Assembly (NCBI RefSeq): GCF_009834535.1
Contig: NC_045697.1
Span: 111,540,001 to 111,604,000 of the forward strand
DNA length: 64,000 nucleotides
Source: Camelus ferus
Taxonomy: Eukaryota
Reading direction: 5' to 3'
The notes beneath the pieces were generated by a model. That model was not told the origin of the DNA. It did not search any database and saw nothing but the letters and a program-made list of their open reading frames with translations. Within the stretch, counting starts at the first letter, position 1; each line of letters starts with the position of its first letter. This document shows positions 39,751 to 51,439 of the stretch, piece by piece. Both the position numbers and the translations under genes were made by a program.

Positions 39751-41773
39751 CCTACTTTTATGATAGCCTTTGGCTTTATTTTCTCTGTTCCCAGATCTAT
39801 GAAGTTTATGAAACGGGACTGGAAACTTTAAATACAAGTAATTTAAATTATTCAATAGCAACAACAAAAAAAGTTCAATTGAAAGTGCGGTCATGGTAAG
39901 ATACGTATTCTCCTTAAAAAAATAAATAAATTCATTTGGCTCAAATTGTTCCCCAACTTTCCCATAATTAAAAGCAAATATCCAAACTCCAACCAAAGTT
40001 TGAAAACCTAAACAAAAAAACAACAGCAACACCAAAAGAAAAAAAAAAAAAAAAAGGAAATCTTAAACAGCCAAGAATTAAAGCCGTTACTTATATAACA
40101 CAGTGTCAGTTGTTCCTTCTTTAGAGTTAAGAATTTGAAAAATTACTTCATTCCCTCATTCTGACTCAAAGTCAACAATCTTCACTTCAAATAGTTATTA
40201 TACATATATTTTTTAAATCTGTACAATAAGGAGACTGTATAGTATCACAGAAGGCACCCTAAACTGGGAATCATGGAAACGAATGTTACGGTCCTGTTCT
40301 GTTACGGTCCTGTTCTGTCACCAACTGACTCTAAGACAGCTGGACCTCAGCATTCTCTGGCACTATGATCCTACATAAAAACCTGCAAACACAAAGTAAA
40401 AGGGTAAGACACCTGCTATCCTAAAACTGTTCTTCACTACTAAAACAGAAACTTAACAAAAAGGGAGGTTACCTGACAAGTAACTGAGATTCTAGATCTA
40501 CTGAGAAAATCGACCTACAACAATATACCTTTGAACTACAGAGAGTTCTGCCCTCACAGTCAGAGCTCACAAGGCAGATACACCCAGAGCAGGCTTCTAG
40601 TTGGGGCCATTTTAAACTTTAGCTTCACATTAAGAAGAACACCAGGTTCCTCCCTAAAACCACTCCTTTCCTTAAGGTGAACAGCACTCAGAAGAAAGAT
40701 TTAACAAAGTACAGACAGACAAAAATACACAAAATAGACAAAAGAGCAGTCTGGTGTATCTTGGGTAAACCCTTATTTTGTATTTCACTGAAAAATACTT
40801 CTTATGGAAAAGGTAGCTTATTTTAATGAATTTTATTTCCAAATGACTTTTCCAAACAAGTGTTTTTCAATGGAGTACAAAATAAGGCCTCATATACCAA
40901 GATACTCCTATACTGAAGAACATCCCTCTTCCTAAAAAATAACAAAAAACAATGTGAATGTTAAACATTTAAGGAGTCTGCCAAATACAACCTTTTGAAT
41001 GTATTCCTGTAAGAGCTAGCAATACACACAAAACGCAAATTAGCACGGCAAGAGGTATTCTGAGAGGCTGTGATGACTAACACTTCAGGACTGAACTGTG
41101 GTTGTTATTAAAAGAAACATGAGAGGCGTTCTCCCAGATCCTCACAGGTCAATGTCTCCACCGCAAGATCTACTACAAACAGCAGTCAGGGCTGAATTCA
41201 CAGTTTAGTCTCTTAAACCTTCATCTTTTGCAATATCCCCCCATGTGATGCATTATATGAATCAAAGAATCCAATCAGAAATGCATTTACAGAAAATCAG
41301 ATATAGGGCACAATGACACTCATGCACTCAAATGAATAAAAAGGAACAAGAAACCCAAGATAAGGGTCTTGTCGAAAACAAAGCCCAGAATCCAGCAAAC
41401 AGTGTAACTGTACAGAAAAGACCAGAGCGAGATGACATGTACCAATCATTTTCCTCCCTGTTAAAAAAAGTTCACCTAGTGTCTGATTCCCACCTTTGCA
41501 CACGACTTCAGTATCAACCAAGGTTTTTCAAATGCTCTGCCTCATGAATGGGACTTCCAAGCAGAGGCTACCTGAAGCCATCTAGGAAAGATCACCAGGA
41601 GGCTTCACCACTGCCAGTTTTAAGGTTTAGTAACAGCATGCCTTAATAAGTTACAGTGCAAAGATTTTAGTCTCCAAATTCAAATATTTGGGAGCACATT
41701 TCAACTAATTACAAGGGACAAAAGATTGAACCCCACAATATCCTATTTGTCCAAGTGGAATTTAGAGATTATT

Positions 41774-41907
41774 TCTTTTATTTGGGGGGGGGGGAGGATT
41801 AGGTTAATCTATTTAATTTCTTTTTTAATGGAGGTACTGGAGATTGAACCCAGGACCTCGCACATGCTAAGCACATGCTCTACAACTTGAGCGAATACCC
41901 TCCCGCC
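41774..41907 (-). mobile_element. Vic-1-like SINE
   Basis: Reverse-complement SINE, TSD TAGAGATTAT. Confidence 0.88.
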
Positions 41908-42455
41908 TAGAGATTATCTTTTAAGAAGTTAGTTCTAGTTCTTTTTACTGTCCTCAAAACACAGTCTACCTACCAGAAGGAGTATAAATAAATACAAACA
42001 TTTAGACAGTAATTTGGCATATCTATCAACAATTAAAACATGCATGTACCTTTTGATCTACCAATTACATTTTGAGGATCTAGCCCATGAAATATTTGGA
42101 TGCAAATATAAAAATGTACATTCAGTGCAGCATTTTTGTCAAGGTGAAAACTCATACACCCTGATTAACATGTGGTATACCACACAAAAGAATGAGCTAG
42201 ATCCAGAGGTACTGACATGGGAAGAACTCTAAGACACTGTTCAGGGACAAAAGCAAGTTACAAAGCATGGGTATAGTAAAAATATACTTATGTCAAGAAA
42301 ATTCTGTCTGTGTGTGTGTATAACTGCACAGAAAACGGTCTGAAAAGATTAACACCAAACAGATAACAGAGGCTACCCTCTGAGGAAGAGAGTGAACCAA
42401 AGAGCATGGGATGGGTGCGTGTGAAGAGAAGAACTGTTTTAAAGAGGGATTTTCA

Positions 42456-42620
42456 GGGGGGAGGGTATAGCTCAAGTGGTAGAGCTGCATGCTTAGCATG
42501 CATGAAGTCCTGGGTTCAATCCCCAGTACCTCCTCCAAAAATAAATATACCTAACTACTGCCCCCACCAAAATAAAATAATTAAATAACACAATAATAAA
42601 TAAAATATTAAAAATAAAAT
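42456..42620 (+). mobile_element. Vic-1-like SINE
   Basis: GGGGGGAGGGTATAGCTCAAGTGGTAGAG...GGTTCAATCCCCAGTACCTCC with a long A-rich tail. Confidence 0.9.
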
Positions 42621-43135
42621 AAAGAGGAGCTTTCACTTCCTACTCCAAATACACCTGTATTATTTAAACATTTACATCATATATATGTATAACATTTGTT
42701 CCTTATGGAAAGTAAAAGAGATGCAATGTCAAATTTTAGCTAAACTCTAAAATCACTAATAGAAGACACTGAAATAATATAAGAAGTAAAGGCTGTTGGC
42801 ATCAAAAGCACCCTTTACAGACTTAACCTTCTGGAGAATAAAGGAAAATGTGGGCAGCACTGACCAGTAGTTATAAATGAACATGACCACGTCTTCATAA
42901 AAGAACAAGCATCATTCAGGGAACTAAAAGATTAGAATCTTAGAACTTTAAGAGTAAAGATACTGAAATCAGGAACATTATTAAAAAGCTAGAATCTTCT
43001 AAATGCCTCCTAGAAACACAGTTTTGACAACAGATTCTACTACTCTGGTACAAGGTGTCCATGTAGGCGTGTGCTCTTTTGCATTAGAACACTGGCCTGT
43101 GTGAAGAACCAAGGGGTATGAGGTGTCACACTTAC

Positions 43136-43257
43136 CTGCACATTCTCTTCTGTCACCTGAATCTCTGCCGTGTAAACATAGTCAATCAGCATCCTCAGGG
43201 TCCAGCCGTCCACCTCCTTGATTCGAACTCTCTTTGCTCGGCTCTCACTCATCTCAC
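43136..43257 (-). CDS. KLHL2: KLHL2 coding exon (122 bp; probably exon 4), BTB domain
   Basis: (G)EMSESRAKRVRIKEVDGWTLRMLIDYVYTAEIQVTEENVQ. Acceptor tgtgttttag|GT, donor CAG|gtaagt. Its phase-1 start fits the upstream exon end. Confidence 0.96.
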
Positions 43258-43516
43258 CTAAAACACAAGAAGCAAGGCTGAGGCCGCAGCAGAAGCTCGG
43301 TGGGAAGACCAAGGCCCAGGCAGGCGGCCTGGGCACCACAATCAGCCACGTCGCAGGCCTACAGCATCCCCCCCACATCTCTTAAAAGCTTACCTGAGCA
43401 AACCACACGAAGTACTTCTGTTACCCACTTATACCTGAAAATCACATCACCCTGATGAACGTGCCACAGGTCCAACCGCATGAGTTCTCACACCCGTGGC
43501 ATTACATGCCCTCCAT

Positions 43517-43966
43517 TCGCCTGCCGTACCAGTAAACAAAGGATGCTGTGGCCATCAAGCCATCAGCCACTGCAGCCACCCCTCCTCCCACCCCTGAGGG
43601 AATTCAGGATGGGGAAAAAAAAAACCCACAGGACACTGGCCCAAGTTAGTTAAGGTGCACATCAAAGGAATGATTTCAATGAGCCCAGACTCTTGCATCT
43701 TCCCATACGTAAAAAAGTGCTAAATTCAACAACTTGAGATGTCTGGTTTTTCTTTAATTAACAGTAATCTTTTGATGTTCTGACTACCTGGGTTTTTTTG
43801 TTTGTTTGTTTGTTTGTTTGTTTTTGCAAAAACTCCTATCCTGGCTCCTCCCTCAGAGTGATCTGAGAGGCTGTCTCCTGGGTTTAAGTCCTCAGCAAGT
43901 CTGTCAAATAAAACATAAATCTCAACTTTCAGGCTGTGCTTTTTTTTTTTTTTTTTCCAATAGACA
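43517..43966 (+). mobile_element. ERV1-class LTR of cetartiodactyl type, 5' end eroded
   Basis: GTAAACAAAGGATGCTGTGGCCATCAAGCCATCAGCCACTGCAGCC...CTGAGAGGCTGTCTCC...AATAAAACATAAATCTCAACTTT...GACA terminus. Confidence 0.7.
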
Positions 43967-44602
43967 ATGCTTTTGAGCAGTTTCTGTTCCTTTCAAATTT
44001 CTACTCAAGACTAGAACACGGAGTCACCCCCTTCGGCCAAATGCAATGAGTTGGTGAAGAGAGCCCCCAGGTTCACAGTGCTCACTCCCAACCATGTCCG
44101 TGCTGCTGGGGTGCTGCATTCAGAGGCCCCGCCCTCAGGGAGGATGGGCTTCTCTGGCAGGAAACAGAACACAGATTACGTAAGATGCTGAAGGAATACA
44201 AGACAAAAGCCAATGAGTCAATGTCCAAAGCAACGGGCCTCCCACTGGAGTTCTGTTCCTATTTGTCATCTGTGGCAATTTCATCCTGAAGTCCTTTCCA
44301 CCCCAGCATTTACTACTAAAGCCAGGTGCCCTTCTACATCACTGCCTGCTACCAAGTGGTGCGAGACCTCCCTCCTGATACCCACAGAACTAATTAAGCA
44401 TTCAGGGGTCATAAATATGATCCTCTCTTGTGGAAAGAAATGGGGAAGCAGAAAAGAGAAGGGATGGCCTCTAAACCTAGGGGATTTAGGGAGAGTAAGA
44501 AGCAGCTTTGGACACATGTGTGTGGACAATGTAAAATGACCCAAGAAATAGAGAGACATAAGCAACTAAATGGGGAAAGAAAATTTCAATTAAAATCAAG
44601 GC

Positions 44603-44909
44603 CATCTACACAGACTTAGTAAACAATCTCATGGTTACCAGGGAAAGGGGCTGGGAGGGGATAAATTTGGGAGTTTGAGACTTACAAATGTTAGCCACTA
44701 TATATAAAAATAGATTTTTTTTTTAAAGTTTCTTTTGTATAGCACAGGGAACTAAGTCCAATACCTTGTAATAAACTTTAATGGAAAAAAATATGAAAAC
44801 AACATATGTATGTATATGCAGGACTGGGACACTGCACTGTACACCAGAGATTGACACATTATAATTGACTGTAGTTCAATAAAAAGGTAAATTAATAAAT
44901 AAGATAAAA
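44603..44909 (+). mobile_element. 5'-truncated L1 3'UTR insertion
   Basis: 12-bp TSD TAAAATCAAGGC (44591-44602 and 44910-44921), TGTATAGCACAGGGAACT motif, A-rich tail. Confidence 0.88.
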
Positions 44910-47900
44910 TAAAATCAAGGCAGTCTAAAAATAATGTTGAGTGCTAACAGACACCTTAGCAAAAAGGTTTAGGTTTAGTTCTACATTCATTCGGTTTCAA
45001 AGATAAAAGCAGCATGAAAAACAATGCCACCATACCTCACCTTCACCATAATCAGCACTGCCTGGTAGAAAAAACACAATGGCCTCAAGATTTTTTGAAA
45101 GTTTCTTTTTCAAGTACAGTGCACTGTCAGTGACCATAAACTATCTGAAAAGCCTATAGGAATCCATAATTACACAAAATTCCTTTGCAGACACAAACCT
45201 TGGGAGGAGAGAAATAATAATGGTGATGTATATTTAACTGCATGCTTCCCTGGACGTTATCTCTGACAAGATCTCAGAAAGAAGCTGTTCTAAGAGCTAA
45301 AATACCTGAGAAACTATTGTGCTACTTTGGAGGGGGAACAGGTATTACGGAGGAAGAGAGAAAGTTAATGACAGGCTCCTGTTTTGTGCCTATACAGCAG
45401 GAAGACAAGGGACTGCGTTATGTGTCCGCTGCCGGAGCATGTTTGTTCTTTCAAGGAGAGGAAACTTAAAGAAAAGAGGGGACAAAAGCAGGGTCAAGGA
45501 ACATGGGAATATAATTCTTCATCTGCATATAAAACACCTCCCTCTGTCCTACTCTCTCTGGATCTTGTAATTAGATGGGATCTGAAAGCTCTTTTGTGCC
45601 AAAAGTGAAGACACCTTGGTAATTCTCACTTGGACTTTAGAGAAGGCCCCTCTAATTCAACTCTAGGGCCAGACAAGTACAAAACCACGTACTGAGTTCT
45701 GAAGGAGTGAATGCACTCCTCAGGACTTAGCTATGACTTAGACAAAAACAAGTTAGACTTGACTTTACATATATGACTAAAATAATTGTCAGTCCTCTGC
45801 CGAACAGTCTAATATTACAGTTCTAAGGTGTTGCTAGAAGATGCACTGTGCTGATTCACACATCCCTTATGTGTCATTTTTAATAGTTTCTCTCCCCAGA
45901 AAACTGCATCTACTTTCAACAAATTCAATCTCTATCACATACTGCTTTAAAAATGCTTTAATCTTTATTTTTCATATTAATTTACAAAAATAGTAACAAA
46001 AACAAATGGCTTGCCATAGATTCTGTTCACAGTTTAGAAATTCTAGTTAACTACTAAGAATCAAAACACATATTAAAGAGAGTTTAAAGACTATTCAGAG
46101 CTCATTTTATTTGTTATGCGTTACTTTACTTACTCCCCTTTGCTGTGTCTATAGAGATTTATTTCTGATACTGAATTTTAAAAAGATGCCCAAGGATACT
46201 ATAAAGAGTTTATCTTGTAACATTTTTGACTTCCTATAGTCCCTCTCGGGAGGAAGGTTTTTTCCTTGTGTTTTTGCTCATGCAGAACTCTGAAGCTAAA
46301 CTGGGACATCCACACAGACATCGCCCCCTCACCTCCTCTCCCCACTTCTGCTGCTGCACCCCCGGGCTCCCACCACCTGCTGCCAACACCCCCGCAGCCG
46401 CCTCCTAACTCCTCCCTCCCTCCAGGCCGGACTCCGCACATCTGACTGTGGCACTCAAGAGCCTTCAGCTGCTCCAGGTCCAGGCATGCAGGCCCCTTCC
46501 ATGTCCCACAGTGCTTCGCTATTCAGCCTCCTCTCTCCTACTTCTAGTCTTCTTTGTTTCTTGTCACTTTAAAAATTTTGTTATACATTTTGTAAAGGTT
46601 ACACGCCATTTACGGCTATTATAAAATGATGGCTATCTCCCCTGTTGTACAATACATCCTCGTGGCCCATCTTAACACCCAGAAGTTGTACCTCCCACCT
46701 CCTCACCCCTGCACTGCCCTTCCCCCCTCACTTCTAGCCTTAAAAATACTTCAGGAAGGAACTTTCCACAGTTTTTTCCTACCTCGGTGCTCTGTCACGC
46801 TTCATCGTCTGTCTCCTTGTGTCCTCATTCCCCCGGACAACCCCCACATATTCTTCAAGATTCAGCTGGAACCTCTCTAGGTAGCCTTACTTGCTGATGA
46901 CCCAAGACTGGGTTAGGCTCTCACCCAAGGGGATCTTTTACAAATCCACTCTGTCATAATAATACCTGATTCTCCCCACCTGGATCCCCCCAGCTCCCTG
47001 AGGACAGGCATGACTTCTGTCTTACCCACAGTGCCTGACATATAGTAGATACCCCATACGTACTGGCTGGACGAGTGAAAGATCAGAAGAATGAAAAGTA
47101 ACACAAGTGCCAACTCAAAATGTAGCATCTTGACTTAGCACAGTAACACTTAAATTAGTCTTGAATATGGGTAGCCTAGCTCCAAAGGATTTGGATCAGC
47201 AAACATGTACTGAACACGCACTATTCATGCCGAGCAAAGGAAGCACTTCACTGGTGAACACTGCACCATCCCTACTTTTTTTTGACAAAAGAATGAAGTC
47301 CTCCAAACTGTAAAAGTTTATGGACATCTGTATGGATAGAAACATTTCCACCCCAAGGACCAGGACTCCTGAAGCCCAGCACAAACTGGTGACTTTATTT
47401 ACCCATTCTGAAGTTCTAAACAGTGAACAGGTTTAGGAGGGCAAATCCTAAGATCATTTCAATAAAAATTTCATATGATTCCAATTTCAGTTATTATTTA
47501 GTACATAAAAATATCTGGAAAAAATTATAAAAATATAATATAGTAGCCTTTATAATATTCTGAAACCCTAAGAACTGAATGACAAATTTACAGCTACGTT
47601 TATAAAATTTTGTTCCATTACTCTTCAAGTTCCTTTGGTCATCTGCTCTACTCATTACTGTCCTTTCGTTTGTTATTAGTCTTAAGTCACAAAGAAGCCA
47701 CCAACACACAGGTATCTTTATTCTGGCAAGCTGGCCTGAATGCCCCTGCCAGCCCCTGGCTATGGTGGCTTGGTACATAATTTCCCAACTCTTCACCTGA
47801 TCTAAGGCAAACATGATAAATGCATTACCTGCCAGTTTGGGTCTAGTTTGAGTAACTTCTGGGAAAGGTCTCCCAGGTCTCAAAGAAAATAAGAGAGAGA

Positions 47901-49254
47901 CAATGCCCCTCCCTCCTCGAGATGCCGGGTCCTCTCTGGTAGGCAACTTGCATTCAGGAAGGGAAGCAACCATAGGATAAAATTTTTACTGAGGACAGCA
48001 GGTAGCGAGACAGGAAGAGGTTCCCTGACGATCCGATCATGACTGGTGCCCAGCCTGTTTTGGAGTTATGAGAGAATATATTTCCTTGCTATTAAAACCA
48101 GTTAAGGGGTGTTTCCTGTTATATGCAGACTAACGCATTCTCAGTTACGCACTTTATGTGCAGTACTGCCCTGTTTAATGTCCTTCACAGGAGTCAGTGA
48201 TAAGAGAAAACTATCTTTTCTTTATGTTTCCTCTCTGTCTAACCTTTCCTCCTCTCCCCAAAGCCTAGGATAATGCATAGCATACAGAAGATGCTCAACA
48301 AGTGCCCCTTGATGAAGGAAAGCATGAATCTTAGACAAATACAACATGCACACAACTTTTTAAAACTCTCACATCTTAATCAAATGATAATCCATCTTTT
48401 CCTTTTTTAATCTACCTTACTAAATCATGTTCAATATGACAAAAGAAAGTATTCCAAAAGCCCCCTTAGAAAAGAAGAGTAAAAATAAAAATTCAGTATT
48501 ACCCACTAGATTTCAGATATTTTAGCCAGTGGCACCAAAGAAGCTGCCAATGTATTTAAGGAAAACGGCCACATTTGCAAACAAACAAGTCATTTAAAAA
48601 CACAGGAACCCAATTCGACATATTCTTTCTCAAGTACAGTTAAACAACCTGGCCTTGATCTAAATTGGCCCATAACTCACAAAAAAGCCTGTGACTACAT
48701 CACAGAATTACTTTTCACCGCCTTCTCTACCGTAAAACTTCAAACTACGATGAGTAACAGAATTCTTTTTTAGGTGATTTAATTTGAATAAAAAATTCAC
48801 CTACAGCTTACAGGAGATGAAAAACAAGGGCCAGAAAGAACATCTGTAGAGCCGCACTTCCTAGCAGGTGAGTCACGGGGCACAGGAGTGCAGCGTGCCC
48901 TGTGCCACAGCAAACACTTGTGTTTACTGCTTATCACTGAGCAAGAAGACACAAACATCGCGGCATGACAGAGTGTGCCAAGGTCTACTTGTGGCCTGAA
49001 CCATGTTGTTTATGACAGATAATATAACTATAACAGAGTTTTCAGACCAGGAAAACAGAAAGACACAACAGGCTCACAGCCCAGCAAATCTTAAATAAAT
49101 ACATGCACACTAAACCACCTAGACGAAACCTTCATATCTTCTTTACCTATTCTCTGCTGATCTGTAGACCATTTAGTGGATTCAAAAGAAGAAAATTACA
49201 AAGATTGCCAGAAAGGTAAACAGCTTCTCATGCTGAAGAACCATAAAGTCTAGC

Positions 49255-49910
49255 CTAACAAGCACATGAAAGATGCTCAACATCTTTCGTCATCTGGAGA
49301 AATGCAAATTAAAACTATAAGAGATGCCATTTCACACCCATTAGAATGACTACAATTGAAAGAAAAAACAAAAACAGAGAGTAACAAGTGTTGGCAAGGA
49401 TGTGGCGAAATGGGAACTCACACGTGACTGTAGGAATGTAAAACAGTGTAGCCACAGTGTAGCCACTTGGGAAAATAGCATAGCAATTTTTAAAAATTTA
49501 AATATAAATTTATCATATGACCCAAGAATTCCACTCATAGGTATCTACCACCACGAGAAATAAAAACATTGGTCGACACAAAGAACTGCACAGGAATGTT
49601 CACAGCAGCATTATTCATAAGAGCCCCAAACTGTAAACAACCTAAATGATAAATGGATCAACTGATAAATGGATAGTCCAAATATGCCACGTTCACACAA
49701 TGGAATCTATTCAGCAATGAAAAGGAACAAACTGATGATACACACTACAACATGGATGAACCTCAAAAATATTATGTGGGAGTAAAAATGTTGTAAAGTT
49801 GATTTACGGTGATGGTGGTACTACTCAGTAAATTTACTAAAAATCACTAAACTCTACAATGGGGAGATCCTATGTAAAATATGCCTCAATAAAGTTGTAA
49901 AAAAAAAAAT
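49255..49910 (+). mobile_element. Old L1 3' fragment (L1MB-like)
   Basis: ORF2 C-terminal nucleotide motifs (GATGCTCAACATC, TATGACCCAAGAATTCCACTC, ACAACATGGATGAACCTC), AATAAA and A tail. Confidence 0.8.
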
Positions 49911-50406
49911 CACACCTGAGGTACTCAATTCACGTTTATATGTGTCAGAAATTAACACAGTACCCCTATTTTGCATCTACCTTAGTGCACAGCAGTCTAA
50001 GATCTGACCTAGCACTCTCAGGCAGAAGCAGGATGAACTACAAGGACCCATCCATTAGTTAACTGAGATACCTAGGAATCCTTATAGAACCAAAACATCT
50101 TCAGGGCCTAATTCCCATCATTAGGCAAAACGCATTTATTCACAAATTGCATGTCAGCTAAAACATAAAGAGGTGAGAGCCATTAGAAAGAAATAAAAAA
50201 AAAAGAAGAGAGGAAAATTGAAATGTAGTTTAGATTATAAAGGAAATAGAGAAGAAAAATAAAGACATATTAAATAAGATCTCCTATCTCCAAGCATCCA
50301 TGTCTCTGGATGTCTACGGCTCAAGTAGTTTGGAGACTCTCTAAGTGCTACCTCTTGAAGGGAAAGAAAACTAACCTTGACCTTGTCACTTTAAGTTAAT
50401 CACTAC

Positions 50407-50734
50407 TTTTTTTTTAATTTAATTTTTTTGAGTTATACTCAGTTTACAATGTTGTGTCAATTTCCAGTGTAGAGCTCAATTTTTCAAACATAAACATACA
50501 TATATTCATTGTCACATTCTTTTTCACCATGAGCTATCACATTCTTTTTCACCAAGATCTTGTATATATTTCCCTGTGCTATACAGTATAAACTTGTTTA
50601 TCTATTCTACATATACCTGTCAGTATCTACAAATTGCAAACTCCCAGTCTGTCCCTTCCCACCCCATTCCCCCCTGGCAACCACAAGTTTGTATTCTATG
50701 ACTATGAGTCTGTTTCTGTTTTATATGTAAGTTC
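50407..50734 (-). mobile_element. 5'-truncated L1 3'UTR, same type as the 3' end of the 11431-14225 element
   Basis: TSD AATCACTAC (50398-50406 and 50735-50743), poly(T) at left, closely complementary to ~13965-14210. Confidence 0.85.
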
Positions 50735-51439
50735 AATCACTACATTTTTCTAAATGTGGAAAATAAAATACAAACAAAAGTCTAATTTAAGACTTTTTCA
50801 ATCTTTTATTCCTACAATATGAAGACATTTTGGAATTGAGGATTAAAAAAATAAGGATGACCATGATAATTACTGCCAACATTAATTAAACATTTTCCAT
50901 GTGCCAAGTAAAGGGCTAAAATATTTACATATATAATCTCACTTCATCTATACAAAAGTCCTGAGAAGTAAGTAATATTATCATCCCCATTTTCCAGATG
51001 GGGAACTGAGGAGCAGACTGATGTGAATGACGATCCCAAAGACCCAGTCATTCCGACAAGGAAGCGGCAGTAACAGTGTCACCTGAAGGAAGGCTGCTTA
51101 CAGGGTCAGCACTTTACTAGGGAATCTCTAAATTCCTAAAGCAAAATTAGGCCAAGACAAACCAGATCAAATGCTCTTTTTTGCAAACCTAGAGATTCTG
51201 GTTAGAAAAGTCTCCAGGAGTAATAAATAAGATGTAAACCGAGAGCGGAAGTGAACCCAGGACATAAAAATTGAACTAGCCCTACTTTATTAGTACTGAT
51301 GTTTCAGATCAGCCTCAGCTAAAGGCACCTCCTCAAATCATTTGCCCACTTGGCTCACAGCCCTCTACAATCTCTCCTATGTTCTTGGTTATTCAACTCA
51401 GTTCAGCAACAGCAAGACTGCAACAGGCTGAAAGGTGAG

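Noticed and set aside
42456..42535. tRNA-Ala gene
   Set aside because: It is the head of a SINE: multiple diverged copies, A-rich tails and TSDs.
47494..47973. 159-aa minus-strand ORF
   Set aside because: No recognisable domain or splice context. It overlaps a probable old MaLR LTR relic and AT-rich sequence.
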